Source of the DNA: Scyliorhinus canicula
Taxonomy: Eukaryota
Direction: 5' to 3'
Length of the DNA: 64,000 bases
NCBI RefSeq assembly: GCF_902713615.1
Contig: NW_024055461.1
Coordinates: forward strand, 1,287,877-1,351,876
Shown here piece by piece: positions 23,726-34,540 of the stretch. Positions within the stretch are counted from its first letter, which is position 1; each line of letters begins with the position of its first letter. The notes beneath the pieces are model-generated. The model did no database searches and was not told the DNA's origin. It saw nothing but the letters and a program-made list of their open reading frames with translations. Made by a program: the position numbers and the translations under genes.

Positions 23726-25012
23726 ATGGAGAAACCGTGGAAATGTGCTGACTGTGGGAAGGGATTTAGAGCCCCATCTGTGCTGGAGATTCATTGCCGC
23801 AGTCACACTGGGCAGAGGCCATTCACCTGCTCTCAGTGTGGGAAGGAATTCACTCAGTTATCCAGTCTGTATGCACACCAGCGAGTTCACACTGGGGAAA
23901 AGCCATTCACCTGCTCCCAGTGTGGGAAGGAATTCACTCAGTTATCCAGTCTGCAGAGACACCAGCGAGTTCACACTGGGGAGAAGCCATTCACCTGCTC
24001 CCAGTGTGGGACGGGATTCAGTTCTTCATCCAACCTACGGAAACATCAGCGAGTTCACACGGGGGAGAGGCCATTCACCTGCTCCCTCTGTGAGAAGGGA
24101 TTCAGTGATTCATCCACCCTGCAGACACACCGGCGAATTCACACTGGGGAGAGGCCATTCATCTGCTCTCAATGTGGGAAGGGATTCATTAACTCGTCCA
24201 AACTTCGGAACCATCAGCGAGTTCACACTGGGGAGAGGCCGTTCACCTGCTCTCAGTGTGGGAAGGGATTCAATAACTCGTCCAACCTTCGGAACCATCA
24301 GCGAGTTCACACTGGGGAGAGGCCGTTCACCTGCTCTCAGTGTGGGAAGGGATTCAGTGATTTATCCACCATGAAGAGACATAAGCGAATTCACACTGGG
24401 GAGAGGCCATTCACCTGCTCTCAGTGTGGGAAAGGATTCAGTGATTTATCCACCCTGCGGAAACATCAGCGAATTCACACTGGGGAGAGGCCATTCATCT
24501 GCTCTCAGTGTGGGAATGGATTTACACATTTATCCAGTCTGCAGACACACCAGCGAATTCACACTGGGGAGAGGCCATTCACCTGCTCTCAGTGTGGGAA
24601 GAGATTCAATAACTCGTCCAACCTTCGGAACCATCAGCGAGTTCACACTGGGGAGAGGCCGTTCACCTGCTCTCAGTGTGGGAAGGGATTTGTTAGTTCA
24701 TCCACCATGAAGAGACATAAGCGAATTCACACTGGGGAGAGGCCATTCACCTGCTCTCAGTGTGGGAAAGGATTCAGTGATTTATCCACCCTGCGGAACC
24801 ATCAGCGAGTTCACACTGGGGAGAGGCCGTTCACCTGCTCTCAGTGTGGGAAGGGATTTGTTAGCTCATCCACCATGAAGAGACATAAGCGAATTCACAC
24901 TGGGGAGAGGCCATTCACCTGCTCTCAGTGTGGGAAGGGATTCAGTAATTCGTCCAACCTTCAGAAACACCGGCGAGTTCACACTGGAGAGAGGCAATTC
25001 ATCTGCTCTTAG
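23726..25012 (+). CDS. tandem C2H2 zinc-finger protein, 15 fingers, no effector domain; ends at a premature TAG in finger 16
   Basis: ATG of MEKPWKCADCGKGF, then 15 C-x2-C...H-x3-H units with TGE(R/K)PF linkers; CAG>TAG at FICS*. The leader exon acceptor lies near 23353. Confidence 0.85.
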   Translation: MEKPWKCADCGKGFRAPSVLEIHCRSHTGQRPFTCSQCGKEFTQLSSLYAHQRVHTGEKPFTCSQCGKEFTQLSSLQRHQRVHTGEKPFTCSQCGTGFSSSSNLRKHQRVHTGERPFTCSLCEKGFSDSSTLQTHRRIHTGERPFICSQCGKGFINSSKLRNHQRVHTGERPFTCSQCGKGFNNSSNLRNHQRVHTGERPFTCSQCGKGFSDLSTMKRHKRIHTGERPFTCSQCGKGFSDLSTLRKHQRIHTGERPFICSQCGNGFTHLSSLQTHQRIHTGERPFTCSQCGKRFNNSSNLRNHQRVHTGERPFTCSQCGKGFVSSSTMKRHKRIHTGERPFTCSQCGKGFSDLSTLRNHQRVHTGERPFTCSQCGKGFVSSSTMKRHKRIHTGERPFTCSQCGKGFSNSSNLQKHRRVHTGERQFICS

Positions 25013-25029
25013 TGTGGGAAGGGATTATA

Positions 25030-27395
25030 TAGAAACATGAAAAGGGAGAGCAGGAAGAGGCCATTTGGCCCTTTGCGCCTGATCTGCCATTCATTATGAT
25101 CATGGCTTATCATCCAACTCAATAGCTTAATCCCGCTTTCCCCTCCATATCCTTTGACCCCCTTCGCCTTCAGTGCGATATCTAACTGCTTCTTGCAAAC
25201 AAATAATGTATTGGCCTTAAAGTTTTCCTGTGGTAACAAATTCCACGGGCTCACCACTCTCTGGTTGAAGAAATTTCTCCTCATCTCTGTCTAAATGGTC
25301 TCCCCCGTATCCTCAGATTGCGACCTCTGGTTCTGTACACTCCCACCATCGGGAAAATCTTTCCTGCATCTACCTTGTTAAGTCCTGTTCGAATATTATA
25401 GGTTTCTATGAGATCCCCCTCATTCTTCTGAACTCCAGCGAATACAAACCTAACTGATTCAATCTCTCATACGTCAGTCCCACCATCCCAGGAATCAGTC
25501 TGGTAAACGCTCGCTGCACTCCCTCTAGAGCAAGAACATCCTTCCTCAGATAAGGAGACCAAAATTGCTCACAATATTCCAGGTATGGCCTCGCCACGGC
25601 CCTGTGTAATAATAGCAAGATATTCCTGCTCCTGTACTCGAATCCACTCGCAATGAAGGCTAGCATACCATTTGCCTTCTTTACCGCCTGCTGGAGCTGC
25701 ATGCTTACCTTCAGTGACTGGCGTACAAGGATACCCAGGTCTCATTGCACATTCCCCGCCTCTCCTAATCTATGGCCGTTCAGATAATAGTCTGCCTTCT
25801 CATTTTTAGTACCAATGTGGATAACCTCGCATTTCTCCAAATTATACTGCATCTGCCATTCATTTGCCCACTCACTCAACTTGTCCAAATCACTCTGAAG
25901 GATCTCTGCATCCTCCTCACAGCTCATCCTCCCAAGCAACTTGTGTGATCTGTAAATTTGGAGATATTGCATTTTGTTCCCTCATCTAAGTTGTTAATAT
26001 ATAAGTGGTGCAGCTGCCTCATGGTGCTGAGGATCATGGTTCAATCATGCCTGGGTCACTGTCTGTGTGCAGTCAAGTTCTCGATTTTGCGTGGGTCTCA
26101 CCCCCATAACCCCAAAGATGTGCAGTGGAGGGGAACTGGCCATGCTAAATTACCACTTATTTACAAAAATAGAATTGGGTACTTTAAATTTGAAAAGAAA
26201 AATCATTTATATATCTTGTGAATATCTGGGGCCCAGGCACTGATCCCAGCGGTACCCCACGAGCCACTGCCTGCCAATTTGAAAAAGATCCATTAATTCC
26301 TCCTCTTTGTTTCCTGTCTGCCAGTCAGTTTTTTTATCCATCTCAAGAGACGACCCCTAATCCCATGTGCTTTCATTTTACCCACTAATATCTTATGCAG
26401 GAATAAGTCGAAAGCTATCTGAAAGTCCAAATATACCACATCCACTGGCTCTCCCTCGTCAACTCGACCAGTTACACACTTGAAGAATTCCAGTAGATTT
26501 GTCAAGCATGATTTCCCCTTCATAAATCCATGCTGGCTCTGTCCGATCCTGCCACTGGTTTCGAAGTGCTTTGCTATAAAATCTTTGATAATGGATTCTA
26601 AAATTTGCCCCACTGCCGATGTCAGGCTTACTGGTCTATAATTTCCTGTTTTGTCTCGAGCTCCCTATTTAAATAGTGAGTTACATAAACCACCCTCCAA
26701 TGTGCAGGAATTGTTCCAGAGTCTATAGAATCCTGGAAGATGACCACCAATGCATCCATTATTTCTAGAGCCACTTCCTTAAGTACTTTGGGATACAGAT
26801 TATCAGGCCCTGGGGATTTATCAGCCTTCAATCCCATCAATTTCCCCAACACAATTTCTCGAATATTGATCTCCTTTAGTTCCTTCCTCTCACTAAATCC
26901 TGCGTTCCCCAACATTTCTAGCATCTAATTTGTGAAGCCAGAAGCAAAGTATGTATTTATTTGCTCACCCATTTCTTTGTCCCCTATTATACATTCCCCT
27001 GTTTCTGACTGAAAGGAACCTACATTTGTCTTCACCGATCTTTTTCTCTTCACATACCGACAGAAACTTATACAATCGGCCTAATTTCCTGTTTTGTGCC
27101 ATTCCCAACATCACCACTGCAGTTAGGGGGGTCTATATACACAACGCCCACTAATGTTTTTTGCCCCTTGGTGTTTCTCAGCTCTACCCATACAGATTCC
27201 ACATTGTTGGAGCTAATATCCTTCCTCACTATTGCATTAATTTCCTCTTTAACCAGCACTGCCACTCCATTGCCTTTTCCTTTTTGTCTGTCCTTCCTAA
27301 ATACTGAATATATTCAGTTCCCATCCCTGGTCATCCTGCAGCCATGTCTCCAGAATCCCGATTATCTCACACCCGTTTACATCTATTTACACAAT
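25030..27395 (-). mobile_element. CR1 LINE ORF2 (endonuclease-RT, internally deleted and frameshifted) inserted in the ZNF array; carries a SINE at about 26015-26200
   Basis: Minus-strand ORFs with VESVWVELRN, KADKSPGPD, SQHGFMKGKSCLTNLLEFF, YLDFQ.AFD, WQMQYNLEKC, RPYLEYC.QFWSPYL and RNFFNQRVV. Confidence 0.92.
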
Positions 27396-27428
27396 TCACT
27401 CGGTTATGCCGTCTGCAGTCACACCAGG

Positions 27429-28222
27429 GAGTTCACACTGGGGAGAGGCCGTTCACCTGCTCTCAGTGTGGGAAGGGATTCAATAACTCGTCCAACCTTC
27501 GGAACCATCAGCGAGTTCACACTGGGGAGAGGCCGTTCACCTGCTCTCAGTGTGGGAAGGGATTCAGTGATTTATCCACCATGAAGAGACATAAGCGAAT
27601 TCACACTGGGGAGAGGCCATTCACCTGCTCTCAGTGTGGGAAAGGATTCAGTGATTTATCCACCCTGCGGAAACATCAGCGAATTCACACTGGGGAGAGG
27701 CCATTCATCTGCTCTCAGTGTGGGAATGGATTTACACATTTATCCAGTCTGCAGACACACCAGCGAATTCACACTGGGGAGAGGCCATTCACCTGCTCTC
27801 AGTGTGGGAAGAGATTCAATAACTCGTCCAACCTTCGGAACCATCAGCGAGTTCACACTGGGGAGAGGCCGTTCACCTGCTCTCAGTGTGGGAAGGGATT
27901 TGTTAGTTCATCCACCATGAAGAGACATAAGCGAATTCACACTGGGGAGAGGCCATTCACCTGCTCTCAGTGTGGGAAAGGATTCAGTGATTTATCCACC
28001 CTGCGGAACCATCAGCGAGTTCACACTGGGGAGAGGCCGTTCACCTGCTCTCAGTGTGGGAAGGGATTTGTTAGCTCATCCACCATGAAGAGACATAAGC
28101 GAATTCACACTGGGGAGAGGCCATTCACCTGCTCTCAGTGTGGGAAGGGATTCAGTAATTCGTCCAACCTTCAGAAACACCGGCGAGTTCACACTGGAGA
28201 GAGGCAATTCATCTGCTCTTAG
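27429..28222 (+). pseudogene. headless duplicate of ZNF fingers 7-15
   Basis: Identical translation to the 3' part of the 23726-25012 ORF, with the same TAG. Confidence 0.85.
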
Positions 28223-28239
28223 TGTGGGAAGGGATTATA

Positions 28240-30605
28240 TAGAAACATGAAAAGGGAGAGCAGGAAGAGGCCATTTGGCCCTTTGCGCCTGATCTGCCAT
28301 TCATTATGATCATGGCTTATCATCCAACTCAATAGCTTAATCCCGCTTTCCCCTCCATATCCTTTGACCCCCTTCGCCTTCAGTGCGATATCTAACTGCT
28401 TCTTGCAAACAAATAATGTATTGGCCTTAAAGTTTTCCTGTGGTAACAAATTCCACGGGCTCACCACTCTCTGGTTGAAGAAATTTCTCCTCATCTCTGT
28501 CTAAATGGTCTCCCCCGTATCCTCAGATTGCGACCTCTGGTTCTGTACACTCCCACCATCGGGAAAATCTTTCCTGCATCTACCTTGTTAAGTCCTGTTC
28601 GAATATTATAGGTTTCTATGAGATCCCCCTCATTCTTCTGAACTCCAGCGAATACAAACCTAACTGATTCAATCTCTCATACGTCAGTCCCACCATCCCA
28701 GGAATCAGTCTGGTAAACGCTCGCTGCACTCCCTCTAGAGCAAGAACATCCTTCCTCAGATAAGGAGACCAAAATTGCTCACAATATTCCAGGTATGGCC
28801 TCGCCACGGCCCTGTGTAATAATAGCAAGATATTCCTGCTCCTGTACTCGAATCCACTCGCAATGAAGGCTAGCATACCATTTGCCTTCTTTACCGCCTG
28901 CTGGAGCTGCATGCTTACCTTCAGTGACTGGCGTACAAGGATACCCAGGTCTCATTGCACATTCCCCGCCTCTCCTAATCTATGGCCGTTCAGATAATAG
29001 TCTGCCTTCTCATTTTTAGTACCAATGTGGATAACCTCGCATTTCTCCAAATTATACTGCATCTGCCATTCATTTGCCCACTCACTCAACTTGTCCAAAT
29101 CACTCTGAAGGATCTCTGCATCCTCCTCACAGCTCATCCTCCCAAGCAACTTGTGTGATCTGTAAATTTGGAGATATTGCATTTTGTTCCCTCATCTAAG
29201 TTGTTAATATATAAGTGGTGCAGCTGCCTCATGGTGCTGAGGATCATGGTTCAATCATGCCTGGGTCACTGTCTGTGTGCAGTCAAGTTCTCGATTTTGC
29301 GTGGGTCTCACCCCCATAACCCCAAAGATGTGCAGTGGAGGGGAACTGGCCATGCTAAATTACCACTTATTTACAAAAATAGAATTGGGTACTTTAAATT
29401 TGAAAAGAAAAATCATTTATATATCTTGTGAATATCTGGGGCCCAGGCACTGATCCCAGCGGTACCCCACGAGCCACTGCCTGCCAATTTGAAAAAGATC
29501 CATTAATTCCTCCTCTTTGTTTCCTGTCTGCCAGTCAGTTTTTTTATCCATCTCAAGAGACGACCCCTAATCCCATGTGCTTTCATTTTACCCACTAATA
29601 TCTTATGCAGGAATAAGTCGAAAGCTATCTGAAAGTCCAAATATACCACATCCACTGGCTCTCCCTCGTCAACTCGACCAGTTACACACTTGAAGAATTC
29701 CAGTAGATTTGTCAAGCATGATTTCCCCTTCATAAATCCATGCTGGCTCTGTCCGATCCTGCCACTGGTTTCGAAGTGCTTTGCTATAAAATCTTTGATA
29801 ATGGATTCTAAAATTTGCCCCACTGCCGATGTCAGGCTTACTGGTCTATAATTTCCTGTTTTGTCTCGAGCTCCCTATTTAAATAGTGAGTTACATAAAC
29901 CACCCTCCAATGTGCAGGAATTGTTCCAGAGTCTATAGAATCCTGGAAGATGACCACCAATGCATCCATTATTTCTAGAGCCACTTCCTTAAGTACTTTG
30001 GGATACAGATTATCAGGCCCTGGGGATTTATCAGCCTTCAATCCCATCAATTTCCCCAACACAATTTCTCGAATATTGATCTCCTTAGTTCCTTCCTCTC
30101 ACTAAATCCTGCGTTCCCCAACATTTCTAGCATCTAATTTGTGAAGCCAGAAGCAAAGTATGTATTTATTTGCTCACCCATTTCTTTGTCCCCTATTATA
30201 CATTCCCCTGTTTCTGACTGAAAGGAACCTACATTTGTCTTCACCGATCTTTTTCTCTTCACATACCGACAGAAACTTATACAATCGGCCTAATTTCCTG
30301 TTTTGTGCCATTCCCAACATCACCACTGCAGTTAGGGGGGTCTATATACACAACGCCCACTAATGTTTTTTGCCCCTTGGTGTTTCTCAGCTCTACCCAT
30401 ACAGATTCCACATTGTTGGAGCTAATATCCTTCCTCACTATTGCATTAATTTCCTCTTTAACCAGCACTGCCACTCCATTGCCTTTTCCTTTTTGTCTGT
30501 CCTTCCTAAATACTGAATATATTCAGTTCCCATCCCTGGTCATCCTGCAGCCATGTCTCCAGAATCCCGATTATCTCACACCCGTTTACATCTATTTACA
30601 CAATT
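28240..30605 (-). mobile_element. second copy of the CR1 insertion (part of the tandem duplication)
   Basis: Same minus-strand ORFs at offset +3210. Confidence 0.9.
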
Positions 30606-30619
30606 CACTCGGTTATGCC

Positions 30620-30738
30620 GTCTGCAGTCACACCAGGGAGTTCACACTGGGGAGAGGCCGTTCACCTGCTCTCAATGTGTGAAGGGATTTTGTAATTCAT
30701 CGCACTTTCTGAGACACCAACAAGTTCAGAACTGATTA
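30620..30738 (+). pseudogene. original terminal finger and stop of the ZNF gene, cut off by the CR1
   Basis: [34 protein letters not shown], followed by a ZNF-type 3' UTR. Confidence 0.7.
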
Positions 30739-30959
30739 CAGGGATTGGATTCTGCTGTTATTGTTTCTGTTCTCAATTACATCCAGGACTGCATTTTGTT
30801 CATTCTGTTGGTCAATGGGGATGGTCAGAGGGTTTCTTTCTGCTGGACTGGCCGGTCTCATGGCTTCTCCCCCAGTGGGCTGATTCTCTCTGAGCCTTCT
30901 TGCAAATATCTGGTTGCACATTTCACATGGATCGAAGAGTGAAAGGCAGTTTGGAGGTT

Positions 30960-31293
30960 CATAGATCATGGAATTTACAGTGCTGAAGAAGTCCATTCAG
31001 CCCATCGAGTCTGCACCGGCCCTTGGAAAGAGCATCCCAACCAAGCCCGCACCTCCACCCTATCCCAGTAACCCCACATAATCTTTTTTGGTCACTAAGG
31101 GCAATTTATCATAGCCAATCCACCTCACCCGCACATCATTGGACTGTGGGAGGAAACTGAAGCACCCGGAGGAAACCCACGCACACTCGGGGAGATCGTG
31201 CAGACTCCACACAGACAGTGACCCAAGCCGGGAATCGAACCTGGTACCCTGGAGCTGAGAAGCAGCTGTGCTAACCACTATGCTACCATGCTG
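30960..31293 (-). mobile_element. V-SINE
   Basis: Reverse-complement V-domain GGACTGTGGGAGGAAAC..AGCACCCGGAGGAAACCCACGC and B box. Confidence 0.85.
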
Positions 31294-33004
31294 TTCAGGT
31301 TAGAAGATATTTCATTACCATTTCTGTTTTGAAATCCCCCAAATCATGCCACATTGCCATAAAGATGGGCTATGGTGGTTACGTGGTTCTTTTGTTTAAT
31401 TTGTCTTGGTGCTTCTCACAGAAGAAAACTATCAGGGTATGAGGGGCATGTTGTCTGAGGTGCACTGGGAAACTACATTACATGGTATGGTGGGTGACAG
31501 GCAATCACTAATATTTATGGAATTATTACAGATTTACATGGGGATCGGTTCGCTCAGTTGACTGGATGGCTGGTTTGTGCTGAGTGACACGAACAGCACA
31601 GGTTAAATTCCCATAGCGGCTGAGGTTAGCCATGGTCTGTCAGTATTTGTGCTCCACATGACCCTCCACCCACCCCTCTATATCCCCCCCCTCTATACCC
31701 TCCTTCCCCCCCCCCCCCCCCCCCCCCCCACCATCAGCATCTCCCTCTATTCCTTTCTCTCTCATGTATGTATCTAGCTTTACGTTCAATGTATTAATGC
31801 TGTTCACCTCAACCACTGGCTGTGGGAGTGAGTTGCACATTCTCACCACTCGCTGGTAAAGAGGTTTCTGCTGAAATTCCTATTGGATTATTGAATTCCT
31901 TCATAATCTGAAAGACTTCCTCCAGGTCACCCATCAGTCTTCTCCTTTCCAGAAAAAAGCAGCCCCAGACTTTCCTGGGTGTTAAATGCTCTCAGTTCTG
32001 TATATTATGAATCTTTGTTGCACCTTATCCAGTGCCTCTATTTCCTTTATCGAAATGGAGATCACCAATGTTGACACTGCTCCCAGTGTAGTCTAACCCC
32101 GGTTCTAAACAAGCTGAACATTTCCTCCGTGCTTTTCAATTCTATCTCTCTAGAATGGAACCCTATATATAATTGCCCCACACTTTGGGAAAGATGTGAA
32201 GTTCTCAGAGACGGTGTCGAGAACATTTACGAGAATGGTACCAGAGATGAGGGACACCAGTTAGTTGGAGTGACTGGAGCAACTAAATTTCACTCCTGAG
32301 ATCACAGCATCTGGAGGGTGGGGAATGGGGCCATTCAGCCCTTTGGGAACGTGTCGGCTCCCTGTGGAGGAAGCCAGTCTGTCTATTGCCCCGTTCTATC
32401 CCCAAATCCCTGTGAGTTTATTTCTCTCAATGCCTGTCCAATTTCCTATTGAAATCATTCCATCATCTCTGCATCTCCCACCCTCATAGGCGATAGGTTC
32501 CAGGTTGTTACCACTCCCTTTACATGTACACAAGGCTGTTCGAGCACAGAGGAGTCTATTTGGCCCATTTTTCCTATGCCAGCACTTTGTATAGCGACCC
32601 ATTTAATCCCAGAGTCCGGCTATTTTGTTTTCTTTTTCAGAATGCATCAAATTACATTTTGGAAATTGCATTCCAATGAGATTCCAGCACCATTTATCGA
32701 CAGTGCATTCCAAATCACAAAAACTCGCTGTGTTTTACAACAAATAATTGTGCATATGGTGTGTGTGAATTTTCACAGAGTATTCAAAATGGTGTCAATG
32801 ACGTGGGTATTACACAAAATTAAGACTCAATCTTTATCAATGATTCTGGTGAGGACACCGAGTGTAATATATGCGGACAATTGGAATAAATGTACATTTC
32901 TATCAAACCTCTCGACCACTGAACCTCCTAAAGTGTTTTAAAGCCAATGGAGTACTTTTGAATTGAAACATATTCACTGTTGTAATGTAGGAAGCTGTAA
33001 GTAC

Positions 33005-33970
33005 TGTTCTGGAAAATACAGAATGTGTCATTTGAAACATAGAGGTCTGCCAATATCTGGTCTGGGAGAGTGCAGGGAAAGATCCCACAAGAGGTTGGTG
33101 GCAGCTGAAAAGAGCAGAAACTGTGGCCAGCTCTTCTGTCAAAAATGCAGTCAATTTCAGTCTGTCAGAATTGTTATTACAACCTGCAGCAGGAGAAAGG
33201 GAAAAAGAAAAAAACAGAGTTTGCATACATTTCTTTGTGCTGTTGAAATATTGTAATGGACTGCCCCTTTAAGCCCCGTAGTCCTTTCCCCATCGGAGGT
33301 CCCGATCTCCCGCCAAAAATCACTAAGCGCGGGCTTCCCTCGCTCCTCCCCCCACGTGCGAGGCAGCAGACATCGGGAGAAAAGCAGAACGCGAGGGAGC
33401 AGCAGCTGGAGAGGGCAGAACGGAGCTCAGAGGAAGGAGGACAGAAAACAGAGAACCAGCATCAGGAGAGAGAGAGAGAGAGAGAGAGAGAACTCGGTTA
33501 TGGGAAAGGCAAAGCAAACAGCTGAGTGTAAACGGTAATAGATTTAAAGAAGGCTAGGATTTAAAGGTAAAATGTTAAGTTTGGGTCTGAAGGTCCCCAA
33601 CCAACCAGACAACATCCAAAATCACTAATCTGTTTACCTTTCTGTATAAGAAAGTGTTTACAACTTATTAAAAAAAGTATGATAATAATAAAATAATTTA
33701 ACCTGAAAAAGTGGTTATTAGCTTACTTCACTTCCTTAATAACGCAGGACCCAGGACATCAATGCTATTAAAGGGTAAGTAGGTAAAATTCTTCGGTGAA
33801 GGTATGGGTTATACCGGGGGATAACTTGAAAGGAGAGTTTGACCTGAATAGCACCCACAGAAGCCTGTATCGGAGTCAGGGAGTGAGAATCCCTGTTCAC
33901 CATTTTAGAGTATTGGCCCTTTTTTGGTTTAGGGGGAATTCTAAGACAGAGTGGTGGATTTACAAAAACA
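33005..33970 (+). repeat. 5' LTR (966 bp)
   Basis: TGTTCTGGAAAATAC...GGATTTACAAAAACA. It matches 41122-42086 except about 7 substitutions plus GA-run and A-run length changes (counted by eye). Confidence 0.95.
33116..33201 (+). other. WDFY3: captured WDFY3-like FYVE-coding fragment in the LTR (also at 41233-41318)
   Basis: Reads RNCGQLFCQKCSQFQS and, after a frameshifting deletion at GTCTG, CQNCYYNLQQEKG. The WDFY3 C-terminus as I recall it is RNCGQLFCQKCSRFQSEIKRLKISSPVRVCQNCYYNLQHERG. Confidence 0.8.
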
Positions 33971-33988
33971 TGGCGAGCCAGCCAGGAG
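33971..33988 (+). promoter_or_regulatory. primer-binding site for tRNA-Arg(ACG)
   Basis: TGGCGAGCCAGCCAGGAG is the reverse complement of the vertebrate tRNA-Arg(ACG) 3' end CUCCUGGCUGGCUCG-CCA; it abuts the LTR. Confidence 0.9.
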
Positions 33989-34118
33989 GCCTAGAATATT
34001 AGAAGTTTCTAGGTAAATAGGGGCTAGAATATTAGAAGTTTCTAGTTCCCAAGAAACGGTTGGAATATTAGAAGTTTCTAACCGGCACAAAGGCTAGAAT
34101 ATTAGAAGTTTCTAGCCT
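33989..34118 (+). other. four tandem stem-loops with invariant loop TATTAGAAGT (candidate packaging or dimerisation signal)
   Basis: Stems GCCTAGAA/TTCTAGGT, GGGGCTAGAA/TTCTAGTTCC, CGGTTGGAA/TTCTAACCG and AGGCTAGAA/TTCTAGCCT. Confidence 0.8.
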
Positions 34119-34540
34119 GTGTGTGAGTCAAACTTTACCTGCCGAGTTTAGTTTGGAAAGTCATGTGTGATTGGCTTTTGTAAGGATATTCTGTGGATCG
34201 AGGGGACAGAAGCTCAGGTTGGGTGTGAAAATTAGTAGACTAGAAGATACTGGCCCTGAGAAAAGTCTGCAAGACATTTTGGTGACAGCACTAAAATTTT
34301 GCATCCATTACTGGTAAAAGGGGCTAAAGAATAAATCATCCTCAGGGTAAGGCAGATTGTGCGGACATTTTCTGGAAAATAGGAACGCTTATCTTCAGAA
34401 ACCAATAATCAATCGACCCTTAACTAAAGCAGGAAGATAGTGCCTTGGTCAGCCTTGGATAGGGCCCAGAAAGGGTACTTATCCTTAATTTCAGAGTGCA
34501 CCTGAAAGGGACAACCAGGAACAGAAAAAAAATCCGAAAA

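Larger units (their letters stand above)
24219..30674. repeat. near-perfect 3210-bp tandem duplication (24219-27428 and 27429-30637) of ZNF fingers 7-15 plus the CR1 insertion
   Basis: ORFs recur at offset 3210 (3209 after a 1-bp indel near 30085). Breakpoints fall in a 37-bp ZNF-linker sequence present at 24219, 27429 and 30638. Confidence 0.93.
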
